A stretch of 64,000 nucleotides of DNA from Malacoraja senta. Taxonomy: Eukaryota. The notes beneath the pieces were generated by a model. The model made no database searches. It saw only the letters and a program-made list of their open reading frames with translations, and was not told the origin of the DNA. This document shows, one piece after another, positions 13,175 through 24,190 of the stretch. Position 1 is the stretch's first letter. The number at the start of each line of letters is the position of its first letter. The translations under genes and the position numbers were made by a program. The stretch lies in assembly GCA_038087875.1 (NCBI GenBank), contig CM075977.1:125736001-125800000 (forward strand). Direction: 5' to 3'.

Positions 13175-14091
13175 ACCACCCGTGTAGCAGTGGCAAACCT
13201 GCCTGCCAGAATGCTGGTCCCACACCTGTTAAGATGCAATCCGTCCCTTTTGTACAGTTCCCCCTTACCCCAAAACAGATCCCAGTGATCTAAGAATCTA
13301 AATCCCTGCCCCGTGCACCAGTTCCTGAGCCACACGTTCAGGTCCCGTATCTCCCTGTTCCTGCTCTCGCCAGCACGAGGAACTGGAAGCAAACCGGAGA
13401 TAACAACCCTGGAGGTCCTGCTTTTCAGCATTTTTCCGAGCTCTCTAAAGTCACGCTGCAGAATATTCATCCCCTTCTTTCTGACATCGTTTGTGCCGAC
13501 ATGCACTACCACTTCCGGATGTTCACCTTCGCCCTCGAGGATTTTCTGCACTCTGTCCGTGACATCCTGGATCCTGGCACCAGGAAGGCAGCACACCATC
13601 CTCGCATCCCGTCTGTTGCCACAGAAACCCCTGTCCGTACCTCTCACAATCGAGTCTCCCACTACAATGGCGTTGCCTGCCTTAGGCCTTTTTGGTTTTG
13701 GCTCAACAGCCCTATTCGCATCGCAAGCCAGTCCGCCGCTCAGTGTAAACACGTCTTCTGTCCCAACAGCTTCTAAGTGGGGGAACCTGTTCACAAGAGG
13801 TACAACACCCGGGGACGTTGGCATTCCATGCTTCCCTCCCTTTCTCACCGTCTCCCACCTTCTCTCTTCCAGTACCTTAGGTGTAACAATCGTACTGTAG
13901 GACTTGTCGAGGAACGACTCCGTTTCTCGGACGAACCGGAGGTCATCCACTTGCTTCTCCAGTTCCCCAACACGGCCCTTCAGGAGCTCTACCTGGATGC
14001 ACTTCTCGCATTTGTAGCAGCCAGAGGCACCAGCGGTGTCCTTGACCTCCCACATACTGCAAGCATCGCACTGAATCAGCTTGCCTGACAT
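13165..14091 (-). CDS. CR1 ORF1p: CxxC..CxxC zinc finger, coiled coil, SGNH/GDSL esterase-like domain
   Basis: Intact 308-aa ORF with VVGDSIVR, HVGTND and DGLHLN motifs. Confidence 0.92.
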   Translation of the reverse strand: MSGKLIQCDACSMWEVKDTAGASGCYKCEKCIQVELLKGRVGELEKQVDDLRFVRETESFLDKSYSTIVTPKVLEERRWETVRKGGKHGMPTSPGVVPLVNRFPHLEAVGTEDVFTLSGGLACDANRAVEPKPKRPKAGNAIVVGDSIVRGTDRGFCGNRRDARMVCCLPGARIQDVTDRVQKILEGEGEHPEVVVHVGTNDVRKKGMNILQRDFRELGKMLKSRTSRVVISGLLPVPRAGESRNREIRDLNVWLRNWCTGQGFRFLDHWDLFWGKGELYKRDGLHLNRCGTSILAGRFATATRVVLN

Positions 14092-15343
14092 CTCCTTCTT
14101 TTGTCTCTACCTCTCAAGCGTATAATTGATCTCCTAGATGGCACTGCAGATTTACAATACCGACCGGGTTGACTTCACTATCACCATATGCCACAAGGGT
14201 GGCAATGCAGGCCTTTAATTGCTCAGCATTCCAAACACGAGGAAACGCATCGCGAGACAAAACATTGCATTTCACTCCAGTGTCTATTTTCATTACAATC
14301 GCATTGTTGTTTACCTTCACAGTGGCCATGGGCTCACTATTTTGCACATTTTGTCTTGCCATGGAATGTGTTTGCAGAATCACGCCGTGCACCTTTGGGT
14401 TATCATCAGTGTTGCTATCAGATAAATCAGACAAAGACTCAGCCTGTAGCAGATTCACGGATTGTTTTATCTTCTCTCTGCTAGGCTGAGATCTGCAACA
14501 TCTCCAGAAATGGTTGCGCCTTTTGCAACCGTGGCAAATTTGGCCAAAAGCGGTGCAACTCTCCCTTCTTGCAGCATGAGAACCACTGCAATTTGTGCAC
14601 TTTCTAATAAATCTTGTCACAGGCTTATCAAACTGTGCTTGCATTGTTATCTCTTGCTTCGGTCGTCTAGGAAACGAAGCCTGGACACTATCAATTCCCA
14701 TGGTGGAATGCTGTGCATCTGTTAGCGTTCTTGCATGACAAACATACAGCTCCTAATTTTTGCAGATAGCGATAGCCCTATCCAAAGTTATGGCAGGGCC
14801 ACGGACAAGCTTTCTTCTTAGTTTGTCGTTAATAAGACCGCACACTAATCTGTCTCTCATAAATTCACCCCGAAGCTCACCAAATCTACAGCTTCTTTGA
14901 TCGCACACACAAATGATTCAATAGTCCCACCCTCATTCTGGTTTCGTGAGAAGAACTTCACCCGTTCGATGAGAGGATTGGCTTGAGGGTCACACAGTTA
15001 TTGAAACTTTCTTTTGAGACATTCCGGGTCATCTGGTGATTCAGCAGGGGTAAAGACCGGAGCTCCACCCTCGACAGGTTGATGAGTCACTTCATCTGCA
15101 TACACAAACTGTAGTGTGCGTTCGTAAGCTTTGTCTCCTGCGAGATTGAGGAACATGCTAACACGTGCAGCAGCCGGCTTATCATAGTGAGATGCAGCAA
15201 TGAAGACATTATACTGTCGTTCGAAGAGGCGCCAACGCTCTCCGATTCTATCAAAAATGAGAGGTTCAGGCTTTTGGAAAGCTTAAGCCATCTCTGAGAG
15301 TGTAAAAAACTCGTAAAGATAGCAGACAAAGTCGATCGAAGTT

Positions 15344-15357
15344 CACTTCTGACACCA
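15344..15357 (-). other. Primer-binding site, complementary to a tRNA 3' end (probably tRNA-Leu)
   Basis: TGGTGTCAGAAGTG directly after the 5' LTR on the minus strand. Confidence 0.8.
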
Positions 15358-15373
15358 TGTACAAAGCACTGTT

Positions 15374-16440
15374 ATTTATTATTATTTATTTATTATTATT
15401 AAACTTTATTTCGGACTCAAGGTCCAGACAAGGGACATTACATAAAATACATTGCATATAAAAACACCATAAAATACATATAAAATCTTAGCATATCACA
15501 TAAAAGCATCATAAATTATATACAAAAAACGCAATACATGATTTAAAATCCAGAATAAAAAAGAAAGATCAGTCCTACAACGAGACAGCGATACCAGTGT
15601 CTCTACAACAGGGATTCGTAGCGTGTAGTGCTGAACCTTATGTTTGACAAGGCTGCGATAATTACATTTTTAGAGTCATTTATCCTGCTACTGAATTTAT
15701 ACATATGATTTCTTAGGATAGCTTCTAAAGTACTGACTCCTGCAGCCACAAACATGTTACTAGCACTACACCATCTAGGTTTCCTTAGCAGTGTTCTCAT
15801 GGCATCATTATAGGCCACCTTTAGTCTCTGCAAACTTGTCTTTCCGTAGTTTGACCACTGGTGCGCAGTATAGAGTGGTGTGCAATGTGCTCTAAACGGA
15901 GACATCTTCACCACATCTGTACATGCACCAAACTTACGCAAGAGAATATTCGCCTGTACATACAGCATACGTCGTTGCCTATAAATATCCTCATCATCTG
16001 TCATTTGTTCTGTAATAAAATGCCCAAGATATTTTACCTTATGACCGGCACTAGCAGAACAGACAACATTGAGTCTGGTAACAAGCCATGAATCATAAAG
16101 CCAGTAAAGCTAATAACAAGGAGAGGAGCTATCCTCATACTCACATACTTAAGATGTTCAGCAAAAATATGAACCAAGCCATTTGCTTTGTTGTTGGACA
16201 ACTTGTTCATGGCATGATGCACCTCATGTGACTTAATCACCATTGAGTCATTACTCTCAATATTGTCCACCCTATACAAATCACCTTGGACACAGTTGAA
16301 TAAAGTACTATAATGTTGTCGCCATAACGCTGCAATATTAGCTGTTCTGAAGAAAATCTACAGTGCATGGTAGAGATGTTTTGCAACTGTTAAGAGCTCT
16401 CACTTCTTTCCAAAAATCAGTATCATTGTTACTTAGCAGC
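15374..16440 (-). mobile_element. RTEX-like LINE fragment, internally deleted, inserted in the Gypsy 5' LTR
   Basis: KYLGH..DDEDIYRQRRMLY..LQRLKVAYNDAMR C-terminal ORF2 motifs; (TAA/TAAA)n tail at 15374-15400; clade assigned from memory of motifs. Confidence 0.7.
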
Positions 16441-16658
16441 TTGACACTGCCACTGAGTCATAAAACTTCATAATAAGCACTTTAATAAGAATACATACAG
16501 GAACCATATACATAGGTACTGTAGGCTCGAAGTCGTAGCTTAAACTAAAAGCATGGTTGCTCGCATTCCACAGGATGGCGTGGTGGAAACCCAACATTGA
16601 TTACGGATCGGGTCAGCAATAGCAAAACCAGACATGGAACAATAGTGATTGATCTGCA

Positions 16659-16915
16659 CTCCCAAGTCCCTTTTCACCTCTGATTTCTGGATTCTCTCTC
16701 CATTTAGAAAATAATCGACGCCTTTATTCTTATTATCAAAATGCATGACTCTGCACTTTGCTATACTGAATTTCACCTGCCTCTTCTCTGCCCAATCTCC
16801 TAACCTGTCCAAGTCCTTCTGCAGAATCCTTATTTCCTCTACGCTGCCTGCCCCTCCACCTATTTTTGCATCATCTGCAAACTTGGCCACAAACCCTTCA
16901 ATCCCCTTATCCAAA
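16659..16915 (-). mobile_element. CR1 RT fragment that received the Gypsy insertion (other piece ~4670-4699)
   Basis: KFADDAKIGG..QKDLDRL; flanks rejoin to match the CR1 at 63750-63820. Confidence 0.85.
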
Positions 16916-17033
16916 TCTAAGTTGAACAGTTTTAATCCAGATTACTTAACCAAATATTGTTTAGAAATTTAGGAAGCAAACTCTTTTAGTTAAAATATCT
17001 ATATCTTATACATGGTTATCTTGTGCATAGCAA

Positions 17034-18005
17034 ATTTAGATGAAGGGATTAAAAGTAACATTAGCAAATTTGCAGATGACACAATGCTGGGTGGCAATGT
17101 GAACTGTGAGGAGGATGCTCTGAGGATGCAGGGTGACTTGGACAGGTTGGGTGAGTGGGCAGATGCATGGCAAACGCAGTTTATTGTGGATAAATGTGAG
17201 GTTATCCAATTTGGTGGCAAGAACAGGAAGGCAGATTATTATCTGAATGGTGTCAAATTAGGAAAAGGGAAAGCACAACGAGATCTGGGTGTCCTTGTTC
17301 ATCAGTCACTGAAAGTAAGCATGCAGGTACAGCAGGCAGTGAAGAAAGCGAATGGCATGTTGGCCTTCATGACAAGAGGAGTTGAGTATAGGAGCAGGAG
17401 CAAAGAGGTCCTTTTGCAGTTGTACAGGGCCCTAGTGAGATCACACCTGGAGTATTGTGTGCAGTTTTGGTCTCCAAATTTGAGGAAGGACATTCTTGCT
17501 ATTGAGGGAGTGCAGCGTAGGTTCACGAGGTTAATTCCCAGGATGGCGGGACTGTCATTTGTTGAAAGAATGGAGCGACTGGGCTTGTACACCCTGGAAT
17601 TTAGAAGGATGAGAGGGAATCTTATTGAAACATATCAGATTATTAAGGGGTTGGACACGCTAGAGGCAGGAAACATATTCCCGATGTTGGGGGAAGTCCA
17701 GAACCAGGGGCCACAGTTTAAGAATAAAGGGTTGGCCATTTAGAACAGAGATTATGAAAAACGTTTTTTTCACTCAGAGAGTTGTGAATCTGTGGAATTC
17801 TCTGCCTTAGAAGGCAGTGAAGGCCAATTCTCTGGATGCTTTCACGAGAGAGTTAGATAGAGCTCCTAAAGATAGCAGTCAAGGGATATGGGGAGAAGGC
17901 AGGATTGGGGCACTGATTGTGGATGATCAGCCATGATATCAGTGAATGACGGTGTTGGCTCAAAGGGTCGAATGGCCTACTCCTGCACCTATTGTCTATT
18001 GTCTA
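17034..18005 (+). mobile_element. 5'-truncated CR1 LINE with (ATTGTCT)n tail
   Basis: FADD..HLEYCVQFWSP ORF, 3' UTR and tail. Confidence 0.92.
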
Positions 18006-18025
18006 ATGGTTACCAGTTACCACCA

Positions 18026-18748
18026 GGGGCGCCATACGATGGCAGCTCCGCCAGCAGTCTGTTCATTTTTCCATCTTTTTTTAATTTTTAGTGTTTGTTA
18101 AAAGATTGTTTTAATGTTCTCCGGTTTGTTTTATGTGGGGGGTGGGGTGAAGGGGAGGGGATCGGGGAAACTTTTTTTTAGGTTCTTACCTTCCCGGAGA
18201 TGTGATTTAATTTTCGGATCGCATTCTCCGGAAGCTCTGCGGCCTTCCACCGATGGAGCTGGAGGCCTCCTCGGACTGTCCTGAGCCCCACCGTGGGGCA
18301 TGGACTTAATATTGGAGCTGATCCCTTGCCTGGGATCGCTCCAACCGCGGCCTGCGGACTTACCATCAAGAGCTCGCAGTCTCAGGAGAGGCAGAGTCGG
18401 GAAGCTCCAATGACGCAGAAGGTTCGACCAGCGAGGTTTGATCGCCCGGCGCAGGGAGCTGATTGCCTCGATGCGTAGGGCCCGAACGCCGCCGGCTACG
18501 GGAGTCAAGATCATCCCGTCAACGGAGGGCTCGAGGCCCCTGACCGCGGGAGAACAAAGGGAAGGGACTTGAACTTTATTTCGCCTTCCATCACAGTGAG
18601 GAATGTGTAGGAGTCACTGTGGTGGATGTTCATGTTAAAATGTGTTTTGTGTGTTGCTTTTTATTTGTATGACTGACTTGGCAAATGAAATTTCTCGTAT
18701 GTTGCAAAACATACTTGGCAAATAAAGTACTATTCTGATTCTGATTCT
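18026..18748 (+). repeat. Unclassified GC-rich retroposon-like repeat ending in AATAAA + (ATTCTG)n
   Basis: CpG-rich body and microsatellite tail; no recognisable ORF. Confidence 0.45.
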
Positions 18749-19769
18749 TTAGCAAGGAGATGAGGATTTTTTTTTGTCAGAGGGTGTTGAATCTATGGAA
18801 TTCGTTGCCACAGACAGGTGCGGCGGCCAAGTCATTGGATATTTTTAAGGTGGAAATTGACAGATTGTTGATTAGTGAGGTTGTCGGCCGGAGAATGGGG
18901 TTGAGGATGAAAGTTAGATCAGCCATGGATGAATGACAGAGTAGACGATGGGCTGAATGGCCTAATTCTGCGTCTAGAACATGAATTTATTATGAAGAGA
19001 TTTGTCTTTTGTAGTTTATTGAGGCATTGTGCATTTCAATTTTGCCAAGATAATCTCAAAATGGTTTGCGTTTGCAATGTGAAATCAGGGTTTAAACTAG
19101 CATGTATATTTTCAAGTGATTGTTATTAAATTTTAGTCGCGTTTAAGTTTAATCCAGCGACGCAATCGTCCAGCAATTAAAAAAAAAATAACGCGAATGG
19201 AAGCCCGAACAACCAATACAAACCTGCATTTTAATTCCCCCCCCCCCACCAAAGCCTCCGGAATCGCATGCACAGGCAGTGGCAGATATACAGCGCCGCT
19301 GATGGTAGGGTTTGTAACAATGCTATTTCCTGTTGAGTTTGTTAATGGAGTCATCAGGTTTAAGGAAAATAGCTTGTTACTCAGAATGTGGTATTTAATA
19401 GAATTAATGGGCTTCGGAGATTCTGTGATGAAATAACTAAAATATTTGCTACGCATTGCTGGCTTTTAAATGGTAAAAATAAACATGGTTGCAAATTACC
19501 ATGTTATTCAAGTAATTTCATGGTTGAACTGTCATTTCCCATTTCATTGAGATGGTAAGATTTAGCTTGGGAAAAATGTATTTTAGATGGAAAATTCAAA
19601 GTACTTCAAAATGTGTATCTTTGTTCATCCTAGCCTTAACTCCTATCATTATTTTCTCTCCTTTATGTCTTCTTACTGAAACCTGACACGTGTGTGAAAG
19701 CTGTCTCTTGCTCCCTTGACCCTAAACTACTTACCACCCATCTTCCCTTCCCTTCAAGGCTGCAATGTG

Positions 19770-20330
19770 AGCTAATATTGCTAATGTTTCCATTCACCTC
19801 TCTTTCAAATATGTTGTAATTACAAAAATCCATTCAATCTCCTCAACCGTGCAAAATGCAAGTGCTATCTTGGGCCACAGGTTCTTGAGCATGTTGCTTC
19901 CCAAATTTGTGATCATCATGCTCTGAATCCTTCTGATCAGGTTTCCTTTCATGCTGCAATACTGGAAAAGTTATGATCAAAGTCACTAATGAGTATTTGA
20001 CTGTAACTAATGTAATCTATTCCTCCTTGCCATTCTATACCTTTCTGTAGCCACTGATACAATTGATCTCATCATCGTCATCTGTCTGCTCTCTGACAGC
20101 TGAATAGAATAGCAATTGCTTGTTTTCATTCTCATTGATTTAAGCAGGCAGAGAATCACCGGTAAAGAATATTCTTCCTGTGTCCACACTGTTTCCTTGG
20201 GTTTATCTCTCAATATATTCCTAGCCCGCTCCTATTTCTCAAGTATATGATATCATAATTGATGGCATCCAGCTTTACCTCATCTCCACTGATTGCAATT
20301 AGTTATATTGCCTGACATCCAAAAGTCAGT
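19770..20330 (+). mobile_element. Ancient L2-like LINE RT remnant
   Basis: Eroded QSGF..IKVTN..LLAILxLSxAxDTID motif string. Confidence 0.5.
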
Positions 20331-20621
20331 GAATAGAATGTTGCTCCATATAGTCTCCAATGAAAACGCTCATTCTTTCTGGAAACTGTTTGAAACTAAA
20401 TCAGACCGTTTGCAGTGTTGATGGCACTGTGATCCTTGATTGCATTTTGTATCATGTGTCCCATGCTAGCTTTGTCTGCTGCCTTCGACCTTGTCTTAGA
20501 TGAAGGATTTATTTGTAGATAAACTCTCTTTGTTATCAGATATTTGCCAGGTGGGAGTGCCTTACAATAGAAGTAAAACACAAAATGCTGGAAACAGCAA
20601 ATTAGGAAATAATACAATTAG

Positions 20622-20923
20622 TGTATTTTAGAGACACAGAGCGGAAACAGGCCCTTTGGTCCACCAGGTCCACGCCGTCCAGGGATCTCTGTACACCAAC
20701 ACTATCCCACACACATGAGGGACAATTTACAATTTAACCAAAGCCAATTACAAACCTGTACGTCTTTGGAGTGTGGGTGGAAAACGGAGCACCTGGAGAA
20801 AACCCATGCAGGTCACAGGGGGAGCTTACAAACTCTTTACAGACAGCACCCGTGGCCAGGATCGAACGTGGGTCTCTGCCGCTGTAAGGCAGCAACTCTA
20901 CCACTGCACCACTGTGCTACCCC
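20622..20923 (-). mobile_element. tRNA-derived SINE (HE1/V-SINE-like)
   Basis: A box (CAGTGGTGCAGTGG) and B box (GTTCGATCC) on the minus strand; CR1-like 3' tail. Confidence 0.85.
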
Positions 20924-21064
20924 AATTGAGGATGAATATTGTCAGAAATGCAAAATAGAAAGCAAGTTAGCTTTAAGTTATGTACTGAGGATGAATAGGA
21001 CAAAATAAATGTTTGTGATTGGCTGAGGTCAGGATTGTCATGTTGATGTTTAAGATTTTATTTT

Positions 21065-21335
21065 GGGAGATACAGCGTGGAAACAGTCCGTCGACCAACT
21101 GAGTCCACACCGACCAACGATCACCCGTACACTAATTCTATGTTATCCCAGTTTCATAACCTACACACTAAGGGCAATGTATGTCTTTGGAAAGTGGGTG
21201 GAAACCGGAGCACCTGGAGAAAACATGCGCGGTCACAGGGAGAACGTACAAGCTCGGTACAGGCAGCGCCCATAGTCAGGATCGAACCTGGGCCCCTGGT
21301 GTTGTAAGGTAGCAATACCACCGCTGTGGCGCTGA
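21065..21335 (-). mobile_element. tRNA-derived SINE (same family)
   Basis: B box GGTTCGATCC; similarity to 20622-20923. Confidence 0.8.
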
Positions 21336-22442
21336 TGGATTAATAAGGCATCTTAAAAGAGAATGCAAACGAACAACTATAAATTGTGTGACATGCAGGG
21401 CTACAAGGTATGTTCAACAACTTGGGATGTGATAAGAGTTAAAAGCAGAACCATTATCACACATGGATGATTTAGAACAGAAATGACATACAGAGGAAGC
21501 AAGTAACCTGAAAGTAGTAGAATTTTAGTTTAGTTTATTGTCACATGTGCCGAGGTACAGTGAAAAGCTTTTGTTGCTTGCTATCCAGTCAGCAGAAAGA
21601 CAATACATGATTACAATTGAGCCATTTACATGTTAAGTCCGATCAAGGATAGTCCGAGGGTCATCAAAGAGGTAGATTGTAGTTCAGCACTGCTCTCTGG
21701 TTGTGGTAGGGATAACAGCGAAATAACAGCTGGGAAGAAACCGTCCCTGAATCTGGAGCAGGCACGTGCCGTCAGGGTAGGCAAGGTAGGCAGTGCTTAC
21801 CCTGACTAAAATTATAAAATGGTAATTATTAAATATAAATAGTAAAGGCACGGGAGAATTATGCCTACCTAAGAGATCAATCTCTTAGGTAGGCATAATT
21901 CTCCCGTGCCTTTCATCCGCAGTACATGTAACACGCGAAAGTATGTGCAACTCATGTTCCGTCGACGCTGCTTTAAGCCTTTAATGACAACGGTCTATAA
22001 AGGCAGCTGAAATTCTGCCTTTGCACCGTGGACTGCGTGCATGTAATGCGCAGCGTACTGCGCATGCGCAGCGCAAGTTTCTTGGCGGGTTTTTCAAACA
22101 TGGATTGTCATTATCTTAAGAGTATCTTAAGAAACAAAGAGAAAAGAATGGAGTTTGTGTACAAATAATGTGGTAAGTAAATTTCTTTGAGCTACCGTAT
22201 TTCCCAGCAATGAAGACGCACCCCCAATTCAAGTTGCTAAATTGTCAAAGCCGTTTTCTTGGCTAATTCCTGTTACTAGCCATTTGCATACTTGTGTAAC
22301 AATATCCTTTGCCAATTTAGTTCACCAAAATATCTGATAATTTACTAATAAATTTATTTGTGGGGTTGTTACGTTTAATATGCCAGTAAAGCTGGAGCAA
22401 GCAAGAATTTTAATGTTCCAGTCCCAGCACATAGGACAATTA

Positions 22443-23721
22443 CCGTATTTCCCGGCTATGAAGACGCACCCCCAATTTAAGTTGCTAAATTTTGAAAAAA
22501 GGATGGCGGGACAGGATGAAGGGTTTGGTTTTGTCCAGGGGTCGGCAACATCGCCTGCGTGCCCCAGGACTGGCTTCAGTTCCCAGATCCCTCGCGTCCC
22601 CAGGACTGGCTTCAGTTCCCAGATCCCTCGCGTCCCTGGGACTAGCTGCAGTTCCCAGGTCGCTTGCCTCAGGTCTGGCTGTGACACCCAGGTCGGCCGC
22701 GTGCCCCGCGAATGGCTGCAGTTCCCAGGTCGGCTCGCTTGCCCCGTGTCTGGCTGTTGCGCCCAGGTCGGCTCGCTTGCCCCTGGTCTGGCTGTGACAC
22801 CCAGATCGGCTATGTGCCCCGCAAATAGTTGCAGTTCCTACATTCGGCTCGCTTGCCCTAGGTCAGGCTCTTGCGCCCAGGTCAGCTCGCTTGCCCCAGG
22901 TCTGGCTGTGACACCCAGGTCGGCTGCGTGCCCAGCGAATGGCTGCAGTTCCCAGGTCGGCTTGCTTGCCCCAGGTCTGGCTGTTGCGCCCAGGTCGCTT
23001 GCGAGGCCCGGGACTAGCTGCTGTGCCACAGAACTGGCTGTAGCGCCCAGGTCGGCTCGCTTGTCACAGGTCTGGCTGTGACACCCAGGTCGGATGCGTG
23101 CCCCACGAATGGCTGCAGTTCCCAGGTAGCCTGCCTCGGAACTGGCTGTAGCTCCCAGGTCGCCTGCCCCGGGACTAGTAGAGAGAGAGAGAGCGAGCCC
23201 GGGACGGAGCAGCCAGCCTTCCGCCCAATAGCTACCCGCCAGCCACCACCTTCACCGGTTGCGCCTGTGCCAGAGGACACCGTGGCTGGCTGGCAGGCCG
23301 GCCGGCAGAAGGCGCTGAGGGTTCGATCCTGACTACGGGTGCTTCCCTCGCCGGCCACAATGCAGTGGTTCCGCACACGGAGCGCCGCGGCAACAGTGAG
23401 TGAGTTGCTGGCATGATCCCCGACCCCCTCCTTCTCAACGCTACTGCCCGTGCTGACCCGGGCCAGACTCCCCACATGCTGTGAAAGGAACTCTCCCCTC
23501 CCAGCAGCGCTGTCCTTTTACAGCCGCTTCCCACTTTACAGCCGCTTCCCATCAGCTGCCAGATGGATAGACTTGGCTATCCCTCAGTACAGCAACATCT
23601 GAGGGATAACCAAGTCTATCATTCTTGGCTAACAACCTAACCTTCGGCTTCCAAGATGTAGGTACATTTTCGTACCTTATTTTTGGGTAAAAAATAGCGT
23701 CTTCATTGCCGAGAAATATGG
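22443..23721. mobile_element. Tc1/mariner (pogo/Tc2-like) non-autonomous element nested in the hAT
   Basis: TIR CCGTATTTCCCGGCTATGAAGACGC / GCGTCTTCATTGCCGAGAAATATGG; TA on both sides; orphan left end at 22195-22243. Confidence 0.75.
22555..23175. repeat. GC-rich minisatellite with ~32-35-bp variant units (CCCAGGTCGGCTCGCTTGCCCC..TCTGGCTGT)
   Basis: Roughly 18 degenerate tandem units seen directly. Confidence 0.9.
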
Positions 23722-24043
23722 TATATGTTTTTTAATACTTTATTAAGAGATAAAGGTTTTGAAGACAAATTACTTTATAAAAGTCGACTGACTGCCTACC
23801 GGAGAGGAGAATAATCTGCGCATGCGCGGTTTTTAAGATTTTTAAAAGCCGACTGACTGTCTACCCTGAGTAATTACTCACGGCACGTGCCTGATCTGGA
23901 GGTATGCGTTTTCACATTTCCATACCCTTTGCCTGATGGGAGAGGTGCGAAGAAGGAGGGGCCAGAGTGCGACTCGTCCTTGAGTATGCTGCTAGCCTTG
24001 CCAAGGCAGTATGAGGTATAAATGGAGTCAATAGAAGGGAGGT

Positions 24044-24154
24044 CTGGAACCTGAAGAGTCTGAAGAAGGGTCTCGACCCGAAATGTCACCCATTCCTTCT
24101 CTCCAGAGATGCTGCCTGTCCCGCTGAGTTACTCCAGCATTTTGTGATCTTCCT
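24044..24154 (+). mobile_element. Penelope-derived short insertion with hammerhead-like core
   Basis: CTGAAGAAGGGTCTCGACCCGAAATGTC; flanked by the 16-bp duplication TCAATAGAAGGGAGGT (24028-24043, 24155-24170). Confidence 0.8.
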
Positions 24155-24190
24155 TCAATAGAAGGGAGGTTGGTTAATGTGATAGTCTGA

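Larger units (their letters stand above)
10039..14119 (-). mobile_element. Near full-length CR1 LINE inserted in Gypsy protease region
   Basis: ORF1, EN-RT ORF2 and (GTTTCTAT)n tail; TSD GTATA (10034-10038, 14120-14124); removing it restores GDQLY|KLELYVV. Confidence 0.96.
4700..16658 (-). mobile_element. Gypsy/Ty3 LTR retrotransposon (degenerate gag-pol) with three nested LINE insertions
   Basis: LTRs at 4700-4895 and 15358-16658 (interrupted), TG..CA ends; 5-bp TSD CTCCC (4695-4699, 16659-16663); minus-strand order gag knuckle, protease (KIDTG), RT (MPFG..IVDNII), RNase H (CDASQY..YAQIEKE), integrase (SDNGGQF..SNGLAE). Confidence 0.95.
21759..23893. mobile_element. Non-autonomous hAT transposon with nested elements, inserted in an older LINE 3' end (~21525-24190)
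   Basis: TIR CAGGCACGTGCCGT; perfect 8-bp TSD ATCTGGAG (21751-21758, 23894-23901). Confidence 0.9.

Noticed and set aside
18018-18036. CTCF-like motif CCACCAGGGGCGCC
   Set aside because: One G short of the core consensus and located at a repeat boundary; not supportable.
20622-20923. tRNA genes suggested by A and B boxes
   Set aside because: These are tRNA-derived SINE heads followed by SINE body and tail.
22380-23081. 233-aa Cys/Pro/Ser-rich repetitive ORF
   Set aside because: It is a translation of a minisatellite inside nested DNA transposons, open in several frames because of GC content.
22555-23175. CRISPR-like periodic array
   Set aside because: The units are degenerate tandem repeats without unique spacers, and the context is eukaryotic with no cas genes.
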